Below, one piece after another: positions 49,491 to 62,006 of a stretch of 64,000 bases of DNA (positions within the stretch are counted from its first letter, which is position 1; the number at the start of each line of letters is the position of its first letter). This DNA comes from Nitrospirota bacterium (GTDB lineage: Bacteria > Nitrospirota > Thermodesulfovibrionia > Thermodesulfovibrionales > JdFR-86). Made by a program: the position numbers and the translations under genes. The stretch lies in the NCBI GenBank assembly GCA_963721805.1, contig CAVRJY010000001.1, positions 1,424,081 through 1,488,080 on the forward strand, given 5' to 3'. The notes under the pieces were generated by a model, which saw only the letters and a list, made by a program, of their open reading frames with translations, had not been told where the DNA came from and ran no database searches.

Positions 49491-50492
49491 TCATGACTGC
49501 GGGTGTATGAATTCCGAGACATGGGGCAGAAGCTCCTTAAATTCCTGATAGGTCACGTTGCCCTGCCAGTGGCCAGAGAGCTTCGCGGCCAGTATGATCC
49601 CGAAAAACACCGCTATGACGATCAGCCCGAAAGCCACGGGGTTGATCTTGCGCCCGGGCAGGCCCACGTCTAGCGCGCCCTTGGCCGGGCATACGCTCAC
49701 GCAGCTCAGGCATCCGGTGCACTCCGGCGAGCGCACGACCTTGAACTTATCTACCGGCAGGTTCGCGGGGCAGGTTTTCGCGCACTTCTGGCAATTGATG
49801 CACGCGGCCTCGTCACGCCTGATCTTGACGGGGCTAAGCATGCTGATGAGGCCCACTAGCGCGCCGTACGGGCAGAGGTACCGGCACCAAAAGTTCTTGA
49901 CAGGCAGCGAGACCGCGACCAATGCCAGAAGCACTACAGCGGTAGTCATGCTCATCTTCGTAAAGAAAAACAACATCTTGGCGTCCGCGACCTTCCAGTA
50001 CGGGGTGCCCATAAATGCGAGCACCGAGTCCGGCGTCATCTTGATAAACACGATATACAGAAATATGCCCATCAGTATGTACTTTAGCGACCTAAGCGCG
50101 ATGTCCGCCCTCGGCCCGAGCTGGTAGTTGCGGCCGAATGCACGCGCCCCCAGCTTGTGCACGGCCTCGGAGAGCGTCCCGACCGGGCATATCCATCCGC
50201 AGAACGATTTCTTGAGCCAGAGCGATATCAAGATCGCGGCCGCGAAGATCACGAGCCCTGCCGGGTGTATCCAGTCGAAGACGCCGCGCGTGATCCAGAG
50301 CTTCAGCGCCATGAGCGACCCGATCGGCAGGAACCCCTCGACCATCGGTGGCCGGTCGACCTGAGGCCCGCCGCTCAGGAAGTGCTCCGTGAACTCGTAG
50401 AACCTGAAGCCGCCCCACGCGATGAGCAGGAATATCGCCCACTGCACGGCATAGCGGAAGCTGCGGACGTATGTGCGGTCGATCTTTACCAT
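49491..50492 (-). CDS. NapH/MauN-like membrane-bound 4Fe-4S ferredoxin
   Basis: Several TM helices, then CINCQKCAKTCP and CTGCLSCVSVCP. Confidence 0.75.
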   Translation of the reverse strand: MVKIDRTYVRSFRYAVQWAIFLLIAWGGFRFYEFTEHFLSGGPQVDRPPMVEGFLPIGSLMALKLWITRGVFDWIHPAGLVIFAAAILISLWLKKSFCGWICPVGTLSEAVHKLGARAFGRNYQLGPRADIALRSLKYILMGIFLYIVFIKMTPDSVLAFMGTPYWKVADAKMLFFFTKMSMTTAVVLLALVAVSLPVKNFWCRYLCPYGALVGLISMLSPVKIRRDEAACINCQKCAKTCPANLPVDKFKVVRSPECTGCLSCVSVCPAKGALDVGLPGRKINPVAFGLIVIAVFFGIILAAKLSGHWQGNVTYQEFKELLPHVSEFIHPQS

Positions 50493-50536
50493 ACCGTATT
50501 GTAACGGATGGGACGTTCGAGAGGGTATGATCTACG

Positions 50537-51803
50537 TCAGGCTTTCGAGCAACGCATCTCTACCGCGCACTGGAAGCGCTTGCGGAAATCGTCCACGCTC
50601 AAACAAGCGGCCTTTGCGAGGTGATGGACCTCTTCGCCCTCCAGGTCGCCGGGCAGCAGGCGGATCATGTACTCAAGCGCGACCTGATAGGTCTCGCTCG
50701 TGATATCGACGAGCCTCAGGCGGGTCTTCCCTGTCACGGGGTCCGCGAGCTCGACGAACGGCACTGCCTTCAACCTGCCCTCGTAGAACACCACCATCGA
50801 GCCGGTGCCGCCAAGCAGTAGGAACCTCACCGCGCCGTATCCCAGGTTGCGCGTGTATTCGAGGTCATAGGGGATCGGGTCGGCCGCGCGGAGCTCGTAG
50901 CCTATGGTCTTATGGACTATCGTGCAGGCGACGCCGCGCTCATGCATCTCCTTTTTAAGCTGGTCCTTCATGAGGCCGCCCGAGGTTGATCTCGGAGAGC
51001 CTGACGCGGCCTGCCTCGTCCTTCTCGAGGTGGGCATGGCTCTTGAGCTCCTCCGGGTCGAACTTGCTCGATATGCCCTCGGCGAGCACAGCGACGCCGA
51101 AGTTCTTTCCGGCCGCGAGCCGCTTGATGATCGAGCCTTCGAGGATCGTCGAGACGGTCTTGAACGATACGTGCTCGGGCAGCTCCTCGGGTATCAGCGT
51201 GATCGTGGCCCCGGCCGCCTTGCCGATGCCGAGCGCGAGGTGGCCGGTATAGCGGCCCATCGTCGTGATGAAGTACCACCGCCCGGTCGAGCGCGCGTCC
51301 TCAATCAGATTGCTCACGATCTCCACGCCCCAGTGGCGCGCGGTCTCGTAGCCGAACGTGGGCACGCCGCCCGGAAGCGGGATGTCGTTGTCTATCGTCT
51401 TGGGTACGTGGATGACCGCTATCGAGCCCTTGGCCTCGCGCTCTATCCATCGCGCCATGAAAAGCGTCCCGTCGCCGCCGATCGTGAGCAGGTATCGCAC
51501 CTTCAGGGAGCGGAGCGTCTTCATCAGAATGCCGAACTCCTCTTGCAGCCGCTCGGGGAAGTCGCGGGAGGTGGTCAGGATCGAGCCCCCGGTGTCGTGG
51601 ATGCGGGCGACGTCATCGATGGTCAGGCGCACGGCGGCCTTTCGGTCGCCGTTAAACAGGCTCTTGAAACCGCCCTTTATGCCGATGACGGTCTTGCCGC
51701 TTTTTTCGGCCTCGATCACCGCGGCGCTGATCACGCCGTTGATGCCCGGTGCCGGGCCGCCGCCTACGATGATGGCCAGGACCTCGCTATTTTTCGCCGC
51801 CAC
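50537..51803 (-). pseudogene. 6-phosphofructokinase, 1-nt frameshift near 50978
   Basis: 50955..51803 (GGGPAPGINGV, IGGDGT, PKTIDNDI, MGRYTGHLAL) ends SEINLG.., and the sequence continues as GLMKDQLKKEM...IGYELRAADP in 50537..51037. Confidence 0.85.
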
Positions 51804-51874
51804 TAACCCCCCGATCTAAATCGTAGGGGGACGCCCCGTTATAGAGGCGTCCCCCTACGGATACATTCCTGATG

Positions 51875-53232
51875 CTAGGCCAGGAGCGCCTTTGCCTCTG
51901 CGGGCAGCTCCTTCGCGACCACGACGGGCTTCACGTTTTTGTTGACCATCACGGTCGTGCCGTTGACCTTGAGTTTCGTAAACAGGAACTCGAACTTCGC
52001 CCCGAGCTCTTCCATCAGCTTGGCGCGGACGTCGGCCGGGAGGGTCCACCAGTCTTTCTTCTTTGTGCCGAAGCCCTTCTTGCGGGTCTTGTATATGAAC
52101 TGCTCCTCGGTCTCGCCCTCTTTCTTTTCCTTGGCGAACTCGACCAGTATGTAGTCGTAAATCTTCTTCTTGAAATCCCCGGGCAGTGGCCGGGCTGTCG
52201 TAGATGATGTTCTGAAACCCGGTCGCGAGGTGGACCTCCGAGGTCCCTGGTCTGCGGGAACATATGGAATGCGTCGTCCGGCAGGGTCGACGCGCCGTGC
52301 TGCACGCAGCCGGAGAGCCCGAACTCCTTGCGCGCGATCTCGGAAAGTTCGCGCAGGGCCTCGAAGTCGATCTTGACCTTGGCCAGAGTGCCGTCCGGCA
52401 GTACGACGCCGCCGTGCGCGGTGCCGGTCTGGATGCTGAGCTTGCTCAGGCCGGTGCCGCCCTTAAATGATTCCTTGAACCCGGCGAGGTATGCGCGCAG
52501 CTCGTTTGCGTTGGAGTTCTTGCCGCCGATCTCGCCGATCTCGCCGCCAATGGATATGGTAACTCCCTTGGGCTCGCTCTCGCGCACGACTCCGGCAAGC
52601 TCCGCCGCGAGCGAGAAGTTCGGCCTCTGCTGCTCCTTGACGTCCGCGGGCGTCAGGTCCACGAGCGTGGAGGTGTCGATGTCTATGTTATAGAACTCCG
52701 CGTCGATGGCCTCCTTGATGAGGCCCTTGAGGTAGTTGGTCTCGGCCGCAGGGTCTGATTTCATGTTTTTAAGCGTTGCCTGGAAGTGGTCGCCCTGTAT
52801 GAAGACCGGCCCGACGTAGCCTTCCTTGACAGCGGCCGCGAGCACGACGGTCGAGTACTCAAGCGGGCGCTGCTTCGTGTAGCCGATCTCGGAGCGCGCG
52901 ATCTCGAAGATCATCGCGTTGACGTCGAGCTTGCGCGCGGCGCGGAACACGGCCTTCGAGGAGTCGTACGCGAGGCCGCGTATGTTCATAGCGGGCACGG
53001 TGAAGCCCGGATAGGACTTGCCCATCGCCTCGTAAAGCCCCTGTATCGACGCGGGCACCGCCCCGGCAGCCTTGCATGCCTCTTTGATCAGGATCAGCTT
53101 GGCCTTCCGCTTCGCGTCGTCGGCCTCGAAGACCGCGTCGAAGATCAGCTCGTCCATCGATTCGCGGAGCTTCCCAAGGTCCTTGACCTTCACGGCCCCG
53201 TTTTCCAGCGCGAGAATCTGCTTCAAATCCAT
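51875..53232 (-). pseudogene. fba: class II fructose-bisphosphate aldolase (long form), two 1-nt frameshifts near 52248 and 52187
   Basis: Frame 1 runs to ...AFHMFPQT. Frame 2 reads GTSEVHLATGFQNIIYDSPA. Frame 3 reads LPGDFKKKIYDYILVEFAKEKKEG...AKALLA* and stops at 51875-51877. Confidence 0.85.
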
Positions 53233-53426
53233 CTAACTTCCTCCTTGTAAGATATATTGTTCATTAGTACTTCGGTAAAAACCGGAAATGGTAAATATAT
53301 ACCGTCACCGGAACGACAGCATGATTATACTTCCTAACGCGGAAAATGTGAAGTTGCATTTGCGCGCTCCGGTGCAATGCCCGGCCCGCCGCCCCGCCTA
53401 ATTTTTTTCCCCGGCTATCGTATAAT

Positions 53427-55087
53427 ATGCCGATGAGCGATCCCGACGTGAAGACCGCGGCGCAAAAGCATGACATACTGGCCGAAAAAAGCACCTGGCT
53501 CTTCACGCTGAAGCGCAAGATCACGGTCTCGCTCTTCGCGCTCATGTCGGTCTCGATGGCCGTGACCGTGGCCATCATCGCGGTCTTCGTCTGGAGGTCG
53601 CTGATCGACGACGACAGGGCCAAGACCCAGGAACTCGCCAATACCATGCAGGCCGGGCTCCGAAACCTGATGATCATGCGCGCCCCGGCCCTGATCGACA
53701 ACTCCATCGACGCCGCGGTCAAGGGCGGCGGCTCGTTAAGAAGCGTCATGATCCTCGACTCCCGAGGCAGGATCGCCTATTCGACCCATCCCGCCGACGA
53801 GGGCAAGGTTATCGACCGGTTCAGCGAGCCGAGCTGCGTTGGTTGCCACAAGCTCCAGGGCTCGAGCCCGACGCACAGTGACCTGGTAGTGAGCATAGGC
53901 GGCGCGAAGGTCCACAGGGTGGTCCTCCCGCTGCTGAACGAGCCGGTCTGCAACGCCTGCCACGACCCCTCGCGCCCGATCATCGGAAAGCTGATCATAG
54001 ACAGGTCGCTCGAGCCCACATATTCCCTGCTGCGCGGCATCATATACGTGATGGCCGGGATCGGCGCTCTCTGCCTCGGCGGGGTGTTCCTGCTGCTTTC
54101 GCGCGGCGTCGACAGGTACATCGACGAGGTCGTAAGCAAGAGCACCGAACTCAACGTGCTGTACTCCATGGTCGACCGCCTGAGCAAGACCATCGACATC
54201 GACGGCCTCAAGCGCGTCGTGGCCGAGATACTCTCCGACACCGTCGGCTCGGCCGAGATATGCATTGTCGAGCGCAAGAACGAGACCTCGTTCAGGGTGA
54301 CGGAGTGGAAGCGCGAGACCGGACGGCTCGAGCGAAAACGGATCGACAGGGAGGACAGGCTCAACTTCGTGGCCGGCGAATGGCTCGCCGGGAGGCTCAC
54401 CTACGCGCGCCCTCGGGCGACGGCTCCGAGATATACATGCCGCTGGTCGGGATGACCGTGCCCCTCGGGCTGGTCGTGATAAAGAAAGACGAGGCCGTCT
54501 CGCCAGTCAACATGGAGCTGATCGCGGCGATGGCCAAGCACATAGCCATCGCGTTTGAAAACGCGCGGCTCTATAACATCGCGATAACCGACGAGCTCAC
54601 GATGCTGTTCACGCAGAGGCACTTCAGGCACGTCCTCGAGAGGGAATTTGACAATTTCGAGCGCTACGGCGAGAGCCTGAGCCTCCTGATGATCGACGTC
54701 GACGACTTCAAGCCGGTCAACGACACCTACGGGCACATCATCGGCGACGCCGTCCTGAGGGGCATCGCCGACTGCGTCAAGGACTCGATCCGCGCAACGG
54801 ACATCGCATTCCGGTACGGGGGGGAGGAACTGGCCGTGATACTTCCGGCCACCGGGGTGAAGGGCGCGATGGAGGTCTCCGAGAGGATCAGGACCGCGGT
54901 CAAGAGTTCCGTGTTCGACGAGATGCGCCACCGGGTCAGGGTCACGGTGAGCATAGGGGTCTCGGTCTGCCCCCTGAACGCCTCGTCAATGTACGGGCTG
55001 AAGGTCACGGCCGACGAGGCGCTCTACGAAGCGAAGAAGGCAGGCAAGGACCGCACAGTCCAGTACGAAGGCTGCTGGGAAGGCTGA
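53427..55087 (+). pseudogene. membrane sensor diguanylate cyclase (periplasmic domain with two CXXCH motifs, then GAF-GGDEF), 1-nt frameshift near 54400-54412
   Basis: CVGCH at 53835-53849 and CNACH at 53949-53963 lie between two TM helices. 53427..54455 and 54260..55087 join at ...GEWLAGRLTYA / APSGDGSEIYMPLV. The GGDEF motif is RYGGEEL. Confidence 0.8.
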
Positions 55088-55134
55088 GTTTCAAGGCAGG
55101 GGTTCGCGCGGGCGGATGCACGCGGCGATGAATG

Positions 55135-55590
55135 CTACTGCTGTTCCTCGAGTTTTTCCATGGCCTCTTCCTGCTCTTTCAGTTCCTGACAGTCGCGGCA
55201 GCGGATGGCGAAAGGCAGGACCTTGAGGCGCTCGGTGCTGATCTGGTCGCCGCAGTCCTCGCATATGCCGTAGGTGCCCTCGTCGAGCTTGCGCAGGGAT
55301 TCGTCGATCTTCAGGAGGGCGTCGCGGTGCGCCCCGAGCACCTGCAGCGCAACGGTCTCGTTGTGGTCTATGACGGCGAGGTCTCCGTCGTCGAGGGCCG
55401 AGTCCACGGTGTCGCGGTTTTCGCCGGTGACATATTTTGATATCTCGGTGCGCGACTCCGAGAGCAGCTCGTCGCGCCTGCCCTGGAGCAGCTCGCGGAG
55501 CTGCCTGTTGCGGACGGTATCGGGGCTCTCGGCGCCGTCGCCGCTTGCGGCCTTGACGGTCTTGCGCTTTACTTTTTTCGCATCTGCCAT
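55135..55590 (-). CDS. dksA: DksA/TraR-family C4 zinc-finger regulator
   Basis: CEDCGDQISTERLKVLPFAIRCRDC. Confidence 0.85.
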   Translation of the reverse strand: MADAKKVKRKTVKAASGDGAESPDTVRNRQLRELLQGRRDELLSESRTEISKYVTGENRDTVDSALDDGDLAVIDHNETVALQVLGAHRDALLKIDESLRKLDEGTYGICEDCGDQISTERLKVLPFAIRCRDCQELKEQEEAMEKLEEQQ

Positions 55591-55597
55591 AGGCGGC

Positions 55598-55738
55598 CTA
55601 TTTCTCTGCCTTAGCCGCAGCCTCTTCGACCTTGTGGACTTCCTGAATCCCGCGGACGTTTATGCCCGCGTCCTTGAGCGCCTTCTGTATATCGACCGGC
55701 TTCGCGTCGACGACCTTCAGTATATAGTTGATGTTCAT
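55598..55738 (-). CDS. possible 46-aa protein
   Basis: My translation is MNINYILKVVDAKPVDIQKALKDAGINVRGIQEVHKVEEAAAKAEK*. It fills the frr-dksA gap. The RBS is weak. Confidence 0.3.
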   Translation of the reverse strand: MNINYILKVVDAKPVDIQKALKDAGINVRGIQEVHKVEEAAAKAEK

Positions 55739-55745
55739 AGCCCTG

Positions 55746-57668
<1,923 letters not shown>

Positions 57669-57669
<1 letters not shown>

Positions 57670-58470
57670 TACTGCGCAACCTCCTCGGTGGTCTTCGCTG
57701 CCTCGGCCGGGGCCGGGGCCGCTGCCGCTGCCGCCGCTTCGGCCGCTGCCGCTGCTGCCTCGGCCGCCTCGGCCATCTGCTTCTCGATCGTCTGCCTGCC
57801 CTCGCGCATCGCGGCGCCCATCTTTGAGGTCATCAGCGCGATGGCGCGGATGGCGTCGTCGTTGCCGGGGATGACGTAGTCGATCAGGTCCGGGTCGCAG
57901 TTGGTATCGACGAGCGCGACGATCGGGATCTTGAGCTTGCGGGCTTCCTGCACCGCGATGTCTTCCTTCTTGGGGTCGATGATGAAGATGATGTCCGGCA
58001 GGCCGGGCATGTCCTTGATGCCGCTCATGTACTTCTCAAGCCTGGTGCGGATCTTCTCGAGCCCGGCGATCTCTTTCTTGGTGAGCTTCGCGTACGTGCC
58101 GTCAGCCCTCATCATGGTCGATCTTCTTGAGCTTGTCGATGCTCTTTCTGATGGTCGCGAAGTTCGTGAGCATCCCGCCGAGCCAGCGCTGGTTGATGTA
58201 GTAAGCGCCGCACTTGTGCGCCTCCTCGACGATCGAGTCCTGGGCCTGCTTCTTGGTGCCGACGAAGAGCACCCTTGCGTTGCGGGTCGAGGAGTCGCGC
58301 ACGAAATTGTATGCGACCTCGAGGCCCTTCATCGTCTTTTGGAGGTCGATGATGTAGATGTCGTTACGTTCGCCGAAGATGTATTTCTTCATCTTCGGGT
58401 TCCAGCGCTTGACCTGATGGCCGAAGTGCACTCCAGCTTCGAGGAGTTCCTTCATCGTGATGACGCTCAT
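57669..58470 (-). pseudogene. rpsB: 30S ribosomal protein S2 with Ala-rich tail, 1-nt frameshift near 58116
   Basis: [27 protein letters not shown]...KLKKID in 58102..58470 continues as [15 protein letters not shown]...[13 protein letters not shown] in 57669..58115. Confidence 0.85.
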
Positions 58471-58659
58471 TGCTGATTCTCCTTGTGCTGCGCGGTTTTT
58501 CCTCCGCCCGAACCCTTCGTCTCCCCGCAATGCGGGGACCGGACGGGGGCATGCTCAGCCGGGCGTGTGTTATTAGTAAGGCAGAGGAGTTTAGCATATG
58601 CCACGGTTTGATATCAAGGCAATGACGTACATATAGTGATGTATAATTAAGCAGATGCT

Positions 58660-59808
58660 ATGCAAAACAAGGAGATACGCCACTTGGAGCAGATAGTCGT
58701 CAACGTGGCCGAAGCGCCGCTTCTCGAGCGCGCCTTAAGCAGGCAGATGCGCCCCCCTGACATCAGGGCCGCGGTGGACCTGGCCGAGGTGCTCAAAGAG
58801 ATACTCTCGTGGGCGAACCGGTTTGTCCCCTCGCACTCCGGCTCGGTGCTTATCGACGACCCCGTGGCCCCGCCCGGCCCGGGCGGGCTGCGCGAGCTGT
58901 ATTTCCTGGCCTGCTTCGGGCCCGGATCGGAGAATATCGCCGGCACGCGCCTCGACGAGAGCAAGGGGATCGCCGGAGAGACCTACCTCAAGGGCTGCCC
59001 TTACATCAGCAGGGACGTAGTGCACGACAGCAAGTTCTTCCCCGACATCGACGCGATGACCGAGCACAAGAGCCTCTCGATCATCTGCGCCCCGGTCGTC
59101 GTCCAGGGCCGCATAATCGGGGTCATCGAGCTGATCAACCGGATCGGGCGGGAGAGCTTCGACGGGAGCGACCTGGTCCTGCTGGAGATCTTCGCCGGAT
59201 ACACCGGCACGCTGATAGAAAACGCCCTCTCGGCGCGCGCCTTCAAGGAGATGTCGAGGCGCGACAATCTCACGGACCTCTACAACGACCGATACTTCTT
59301 CCACGCCCTTAAGTTTGAGATCGTGCGCGCGCTCGAGACCGGCGGCGACGTCTCGCTCGTGTTTTTCGACCTCGACCACTTCAAGACGGTCAACGACACG
59401 TTCGGCCACATGGCCGGAAGCCGCGTTCTGAAGGAGGTGGCGGACGTCCTGCGCGGGGTCTTCACGCGGGGCGACGAGGTCATGGCCCGCTACGGGGGCG
59501 ACGAGTACGTCGTGGTGCTTCCGGGCTCGGGCATCCGCGATGCGGCCGCGATGGCAGAGCGCATGAGGGCCGCGATATCCGGCTTCACCTTCATAAAGCA
59601 GCCGGGCGGCCACGGCGAGTTCCCGCTCGACATATCTGACCTGATAACGTGCAGCGCGGGCGTGGCATCGCTGCGCCACAACCTCTCGGCCTCCTGGACC
59701 CCTGAACAGATGGTCGACGACCTCATAAGAAAGGCGGACCGCGCGATGTACGAATCGAAGGAAAACGGCAAGGACCGCGTCACGGTCTCGGGCGAGCATA
59801 CCCTATGA
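58660..59808 (+). CDS. GAF-GGDEF diguanylate cyclase (GGDEY variant)
   Basis: RRDNLTDLYNDRYF and RYGGDEYVVVL. Confidence 0.8.
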   Translation: MQNKEIRHLEQIVVNVAEAPLLERALSRQMRPPDIRAAVDLAEVLKEILSWANRFVPSHSGSVLIDDPVAPPGPGGLRELYFLACFGPGSENIAGTRLDESKGIAGETYLKGCPYISRDVVHDSKFFPDIDAMTEHKSLSIICAPVVVQGRIIGVIELINRIGRESFDGSDLVLLEIFAGYTGTLIENALSARAFKEMSRRDNLTDLYNDRYFFHALKFEIVRALETGGDVSLVFFDLDHFKTVNDTFGHMAGSRVLKEVADVLRGVFTRGDEVMARYGGDEYVVVLPGSGIRDAAAMAERMRAAISGFTFIKQPGGHGEFPLDISDLITCSAGVASLRHNLSASWTPEQMVDDLIRKADRAMYESKENGKDRVTVSGEHTL

Positions 59809-60779
59809 GCCATATGAGGGCGCTGCTGTTCGATGGCGTGCTGAACGTAAAGTCCGGCTATCCTGTGCCTGTGCCGGCGGCCGGCGAGGCGCTCGTGAGG
59901 GTGAGGGTAGCTGGCATCTGCAACACCGACCTCGAGATCACGCGAGGCTACATGGACTTCAAGGGCGTGCTCGGCCACGAGTTCGTGGGGGTGGTGGAGC
60001 GCGGCGAGGGCCGCGCCTCTGCTCTCGCGGGCCGCCGCGTGGTCGGCGAGATCAACATCGGCTGCGGGAGCTGCCACGCCTGCCTTGCCGGGTTCGCAAC
60101 GCACTGCGCACGGCGCGATGTCCTGGGCATCCTCGCCAAGGACGGGGCGATGGCCGATTACCTCACCCTGCCCGCCGGCAACCTGATCGAGGTCCCCGAG
60201 GGCGTGAGCGACGAGGAGGCGGTCTTCACCGAGCCGCTCGCGGCCGCGTTCGAGATCATCGAGCAGGTGCACGTCAGGCCCACCGCGCGCGTGCTCGTGA
60301 TGGGCGACGGCAAACTCGGCCTGCTGTGCGCGATGGCGCTCGCAACTACAAGGGCCGAGGTATCGGTGCTAGGCCACCATGCGCACAAGCTCGCTATCGC
60401 GAGCCGTCTCGGCATGGCTACCTATACCCTGCCTGAGGACGCAGGCGGACGGTCATATGATATAGTTATCGAAGCGACCGGCTCGGCCGGAGGGCTGGGC
60501 ACCGCGCTCGGGCTCGTGAGGCCGCGCGGCACCGTCGTTTTAAAGAGCACGGTCGCCGCATCGGCCGATATGAACCTCGCCCCGATAGTGATAGACGAGA
60601 TCACGGTAGTGGGCTCGCGCTGCGGCCCGTTTCAGCCCGCACTGAGGGCGATAGCATCGGGCGCCGTGGACGTGATGCCGCTTTTGGGCGGCATATACAG
60701 GATCGAAGATTCGCTTGAGGCGTTCAGCGCCGCATCCGGTCGCGACGCGCTCAAGATCCTGATCGACCTTCGAGGATAA
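59805..60779 (+). CDS. zinc-dependent medium-chain alcohol dehydrogenase family oxidoreductase
   Basis: GICNTDLE, GHEFVGVV and a CGSCHAC structural zinc site. Confidence 0.8.
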   Translation: MSHMRALLFDGVLNVKSGYPVPVPAAGEALVRVRVAGICNTDLEITRGYMDFKGVLGHEFVGVVERGEGRASALAGRRVVGEINIGCGSCHACLAGFATHCARRDVLGILAKDGAMADYLTLPAGNLIEVPEGVSDEEAVFTEPLAAAFEIIEQVHVRPTARVLVMGDGKLGLLCAMALATTRAEVSVLGHHAHKLAIASRLGMATYTLPEDAGGRSYDIVIEATGSAGGLGTALGLVRPRGTVVLKSTVAASADMNLAPIVIDEITVVGSRCGPFQPALRAIASGAVDVMPLLGGIYRIEDSLEAFSAASGRDALKILIDLRG

Positions 60780-60791
60780 GGAGGCTGCACC

Positions 60792-61838
60792 ATGAGCGTA
60801 AAACTCACACAGCTCGCGAGCTGCTCCGGCTGAGCGGCCAAATACAGTCCTCGCGACCTGTACCACGTGCTGGCACAGCTTCCAAAATTCTCCGACCCAA
60901 ACATCCTCGTCGGCTCGGCCAACGCCGACGACGCGGGCGTCTATCGCCTCTCGGATGACCTCGCGCTGGTGTTGACCGCCGACTTCTTCACCCCGATAGT
61001 GGACGACCCTTACGCCTTCGGCGCCATAGCCGCCGCAAACGCGCTCTCCGACGTTTGGGCGATGGGCGGCCGGGCGATCACCGCCCTGAACGTCGCGATG
61101 TTCCCGGCCGGGCCGGTCTACGCCCCGATACTTATAGAGGTCATGCGCGGGGGCATCGAGAAGATGGCCGAGGCCGGAGTCGGCATCATCGGCGGCCACA
61201 CGATCAAGGACAAGGAGCCCAAGTTCGGCTTCGCCGTGACGGGCCTCATTCATCCAAAAAATATACACGACAACACGATGGCGAGGCCCGGCGACGCGAT
61301 GATACTCACCAAGAAGATCGGAACCGGCATCGTGGCCACCGGGATCAAGAGCGACAAGGCCCGCCCCGAAGCTATCGCCGAGGCCATAGGCTCGATGAGC
61401 AGCCTTAACAAACGGGCGAGCGAGATCATGGTCGAGGTTGGCGTGAGCACCGCGACCGACATAACCGGCTTCGGCCTGATCGGGCACATGCACGAGGTGC
61501 TCGCCGCAAGCGGCCGCACGGCGCGCGTATACAGCCGGAGCGTCCCGTATTTCGATGAAGCGTTAAGGCTCCTGGCGATGGGCATCGCGCCGGGCGGCAC
61601 GAAGGAAAACGTCACGACGTTCGAGAAGTACGTCCAGTGGGGCCATGGGGTCACCGAACAGGACATGCTGCTGCTTTGCGACGCGCAGACCTCGGGCGGG
61701 CTGCTGATATTCGTCCCGCAGGGCAGGAAGAACGAGCTCGTCTCGGCCCTGCAGTCCGAGGGCATCCTCGCAGCACACGTCGGGGACGTCCTGGACGCCC
61801 CGGCCAGTGGCGACAGGAAGATCTTCGTCGAGACCTAG
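60792..61838 (+). CDS. selD: selenide, water dikinase (selenophosphate synthetase) with in-frame TGA = selenocysteine at codon 14
   Basis: An AAGGAGG RBS precedes ATG 60792. My translation is MSVKLTQLASCSG-U-AAKYSPRDLYHVLAQLPKF, with TGA at 60831-60833. The ORF track began only at 60867. Confidence 0.85.
60843..60862 (+). promoter_or_regulatory. candidate bacterial SECIS stem-loop
   Basis: TACAGTC-CTCGC-GA(C)CTGTA forms a 7-bp stem with one bulge and starts 9 nt after the TGA. Hand fold only. Confidence 0.3.
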
Positions 61839-62006
61839 CAGCCCTACCCCGCTTCGCGGTTTAGCGTTCGCCTCGCCCCGCCACAGCCCCATAGCCAATC
61901 CGCATCTTAATCATGCGCATCAACTGGTTTGAATAATCATTGTATATAGACTTATCATAATATCAAGCGCCAGAAGCCGGTCCGTATGCCGGCAATGAGG
62001 GATAAT

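Noticed and set aside
57690-57790. Repetitive GCC/GCT/GCG tract that looks like a short tandem repeat.
   Set aside because: It is in frame and encodes the Ala/Glu-rich C-terminal tail of ribosomal protein S2. It has no spacer-repeat structure, so it is not a CRISPR array or a regulatory repeat.
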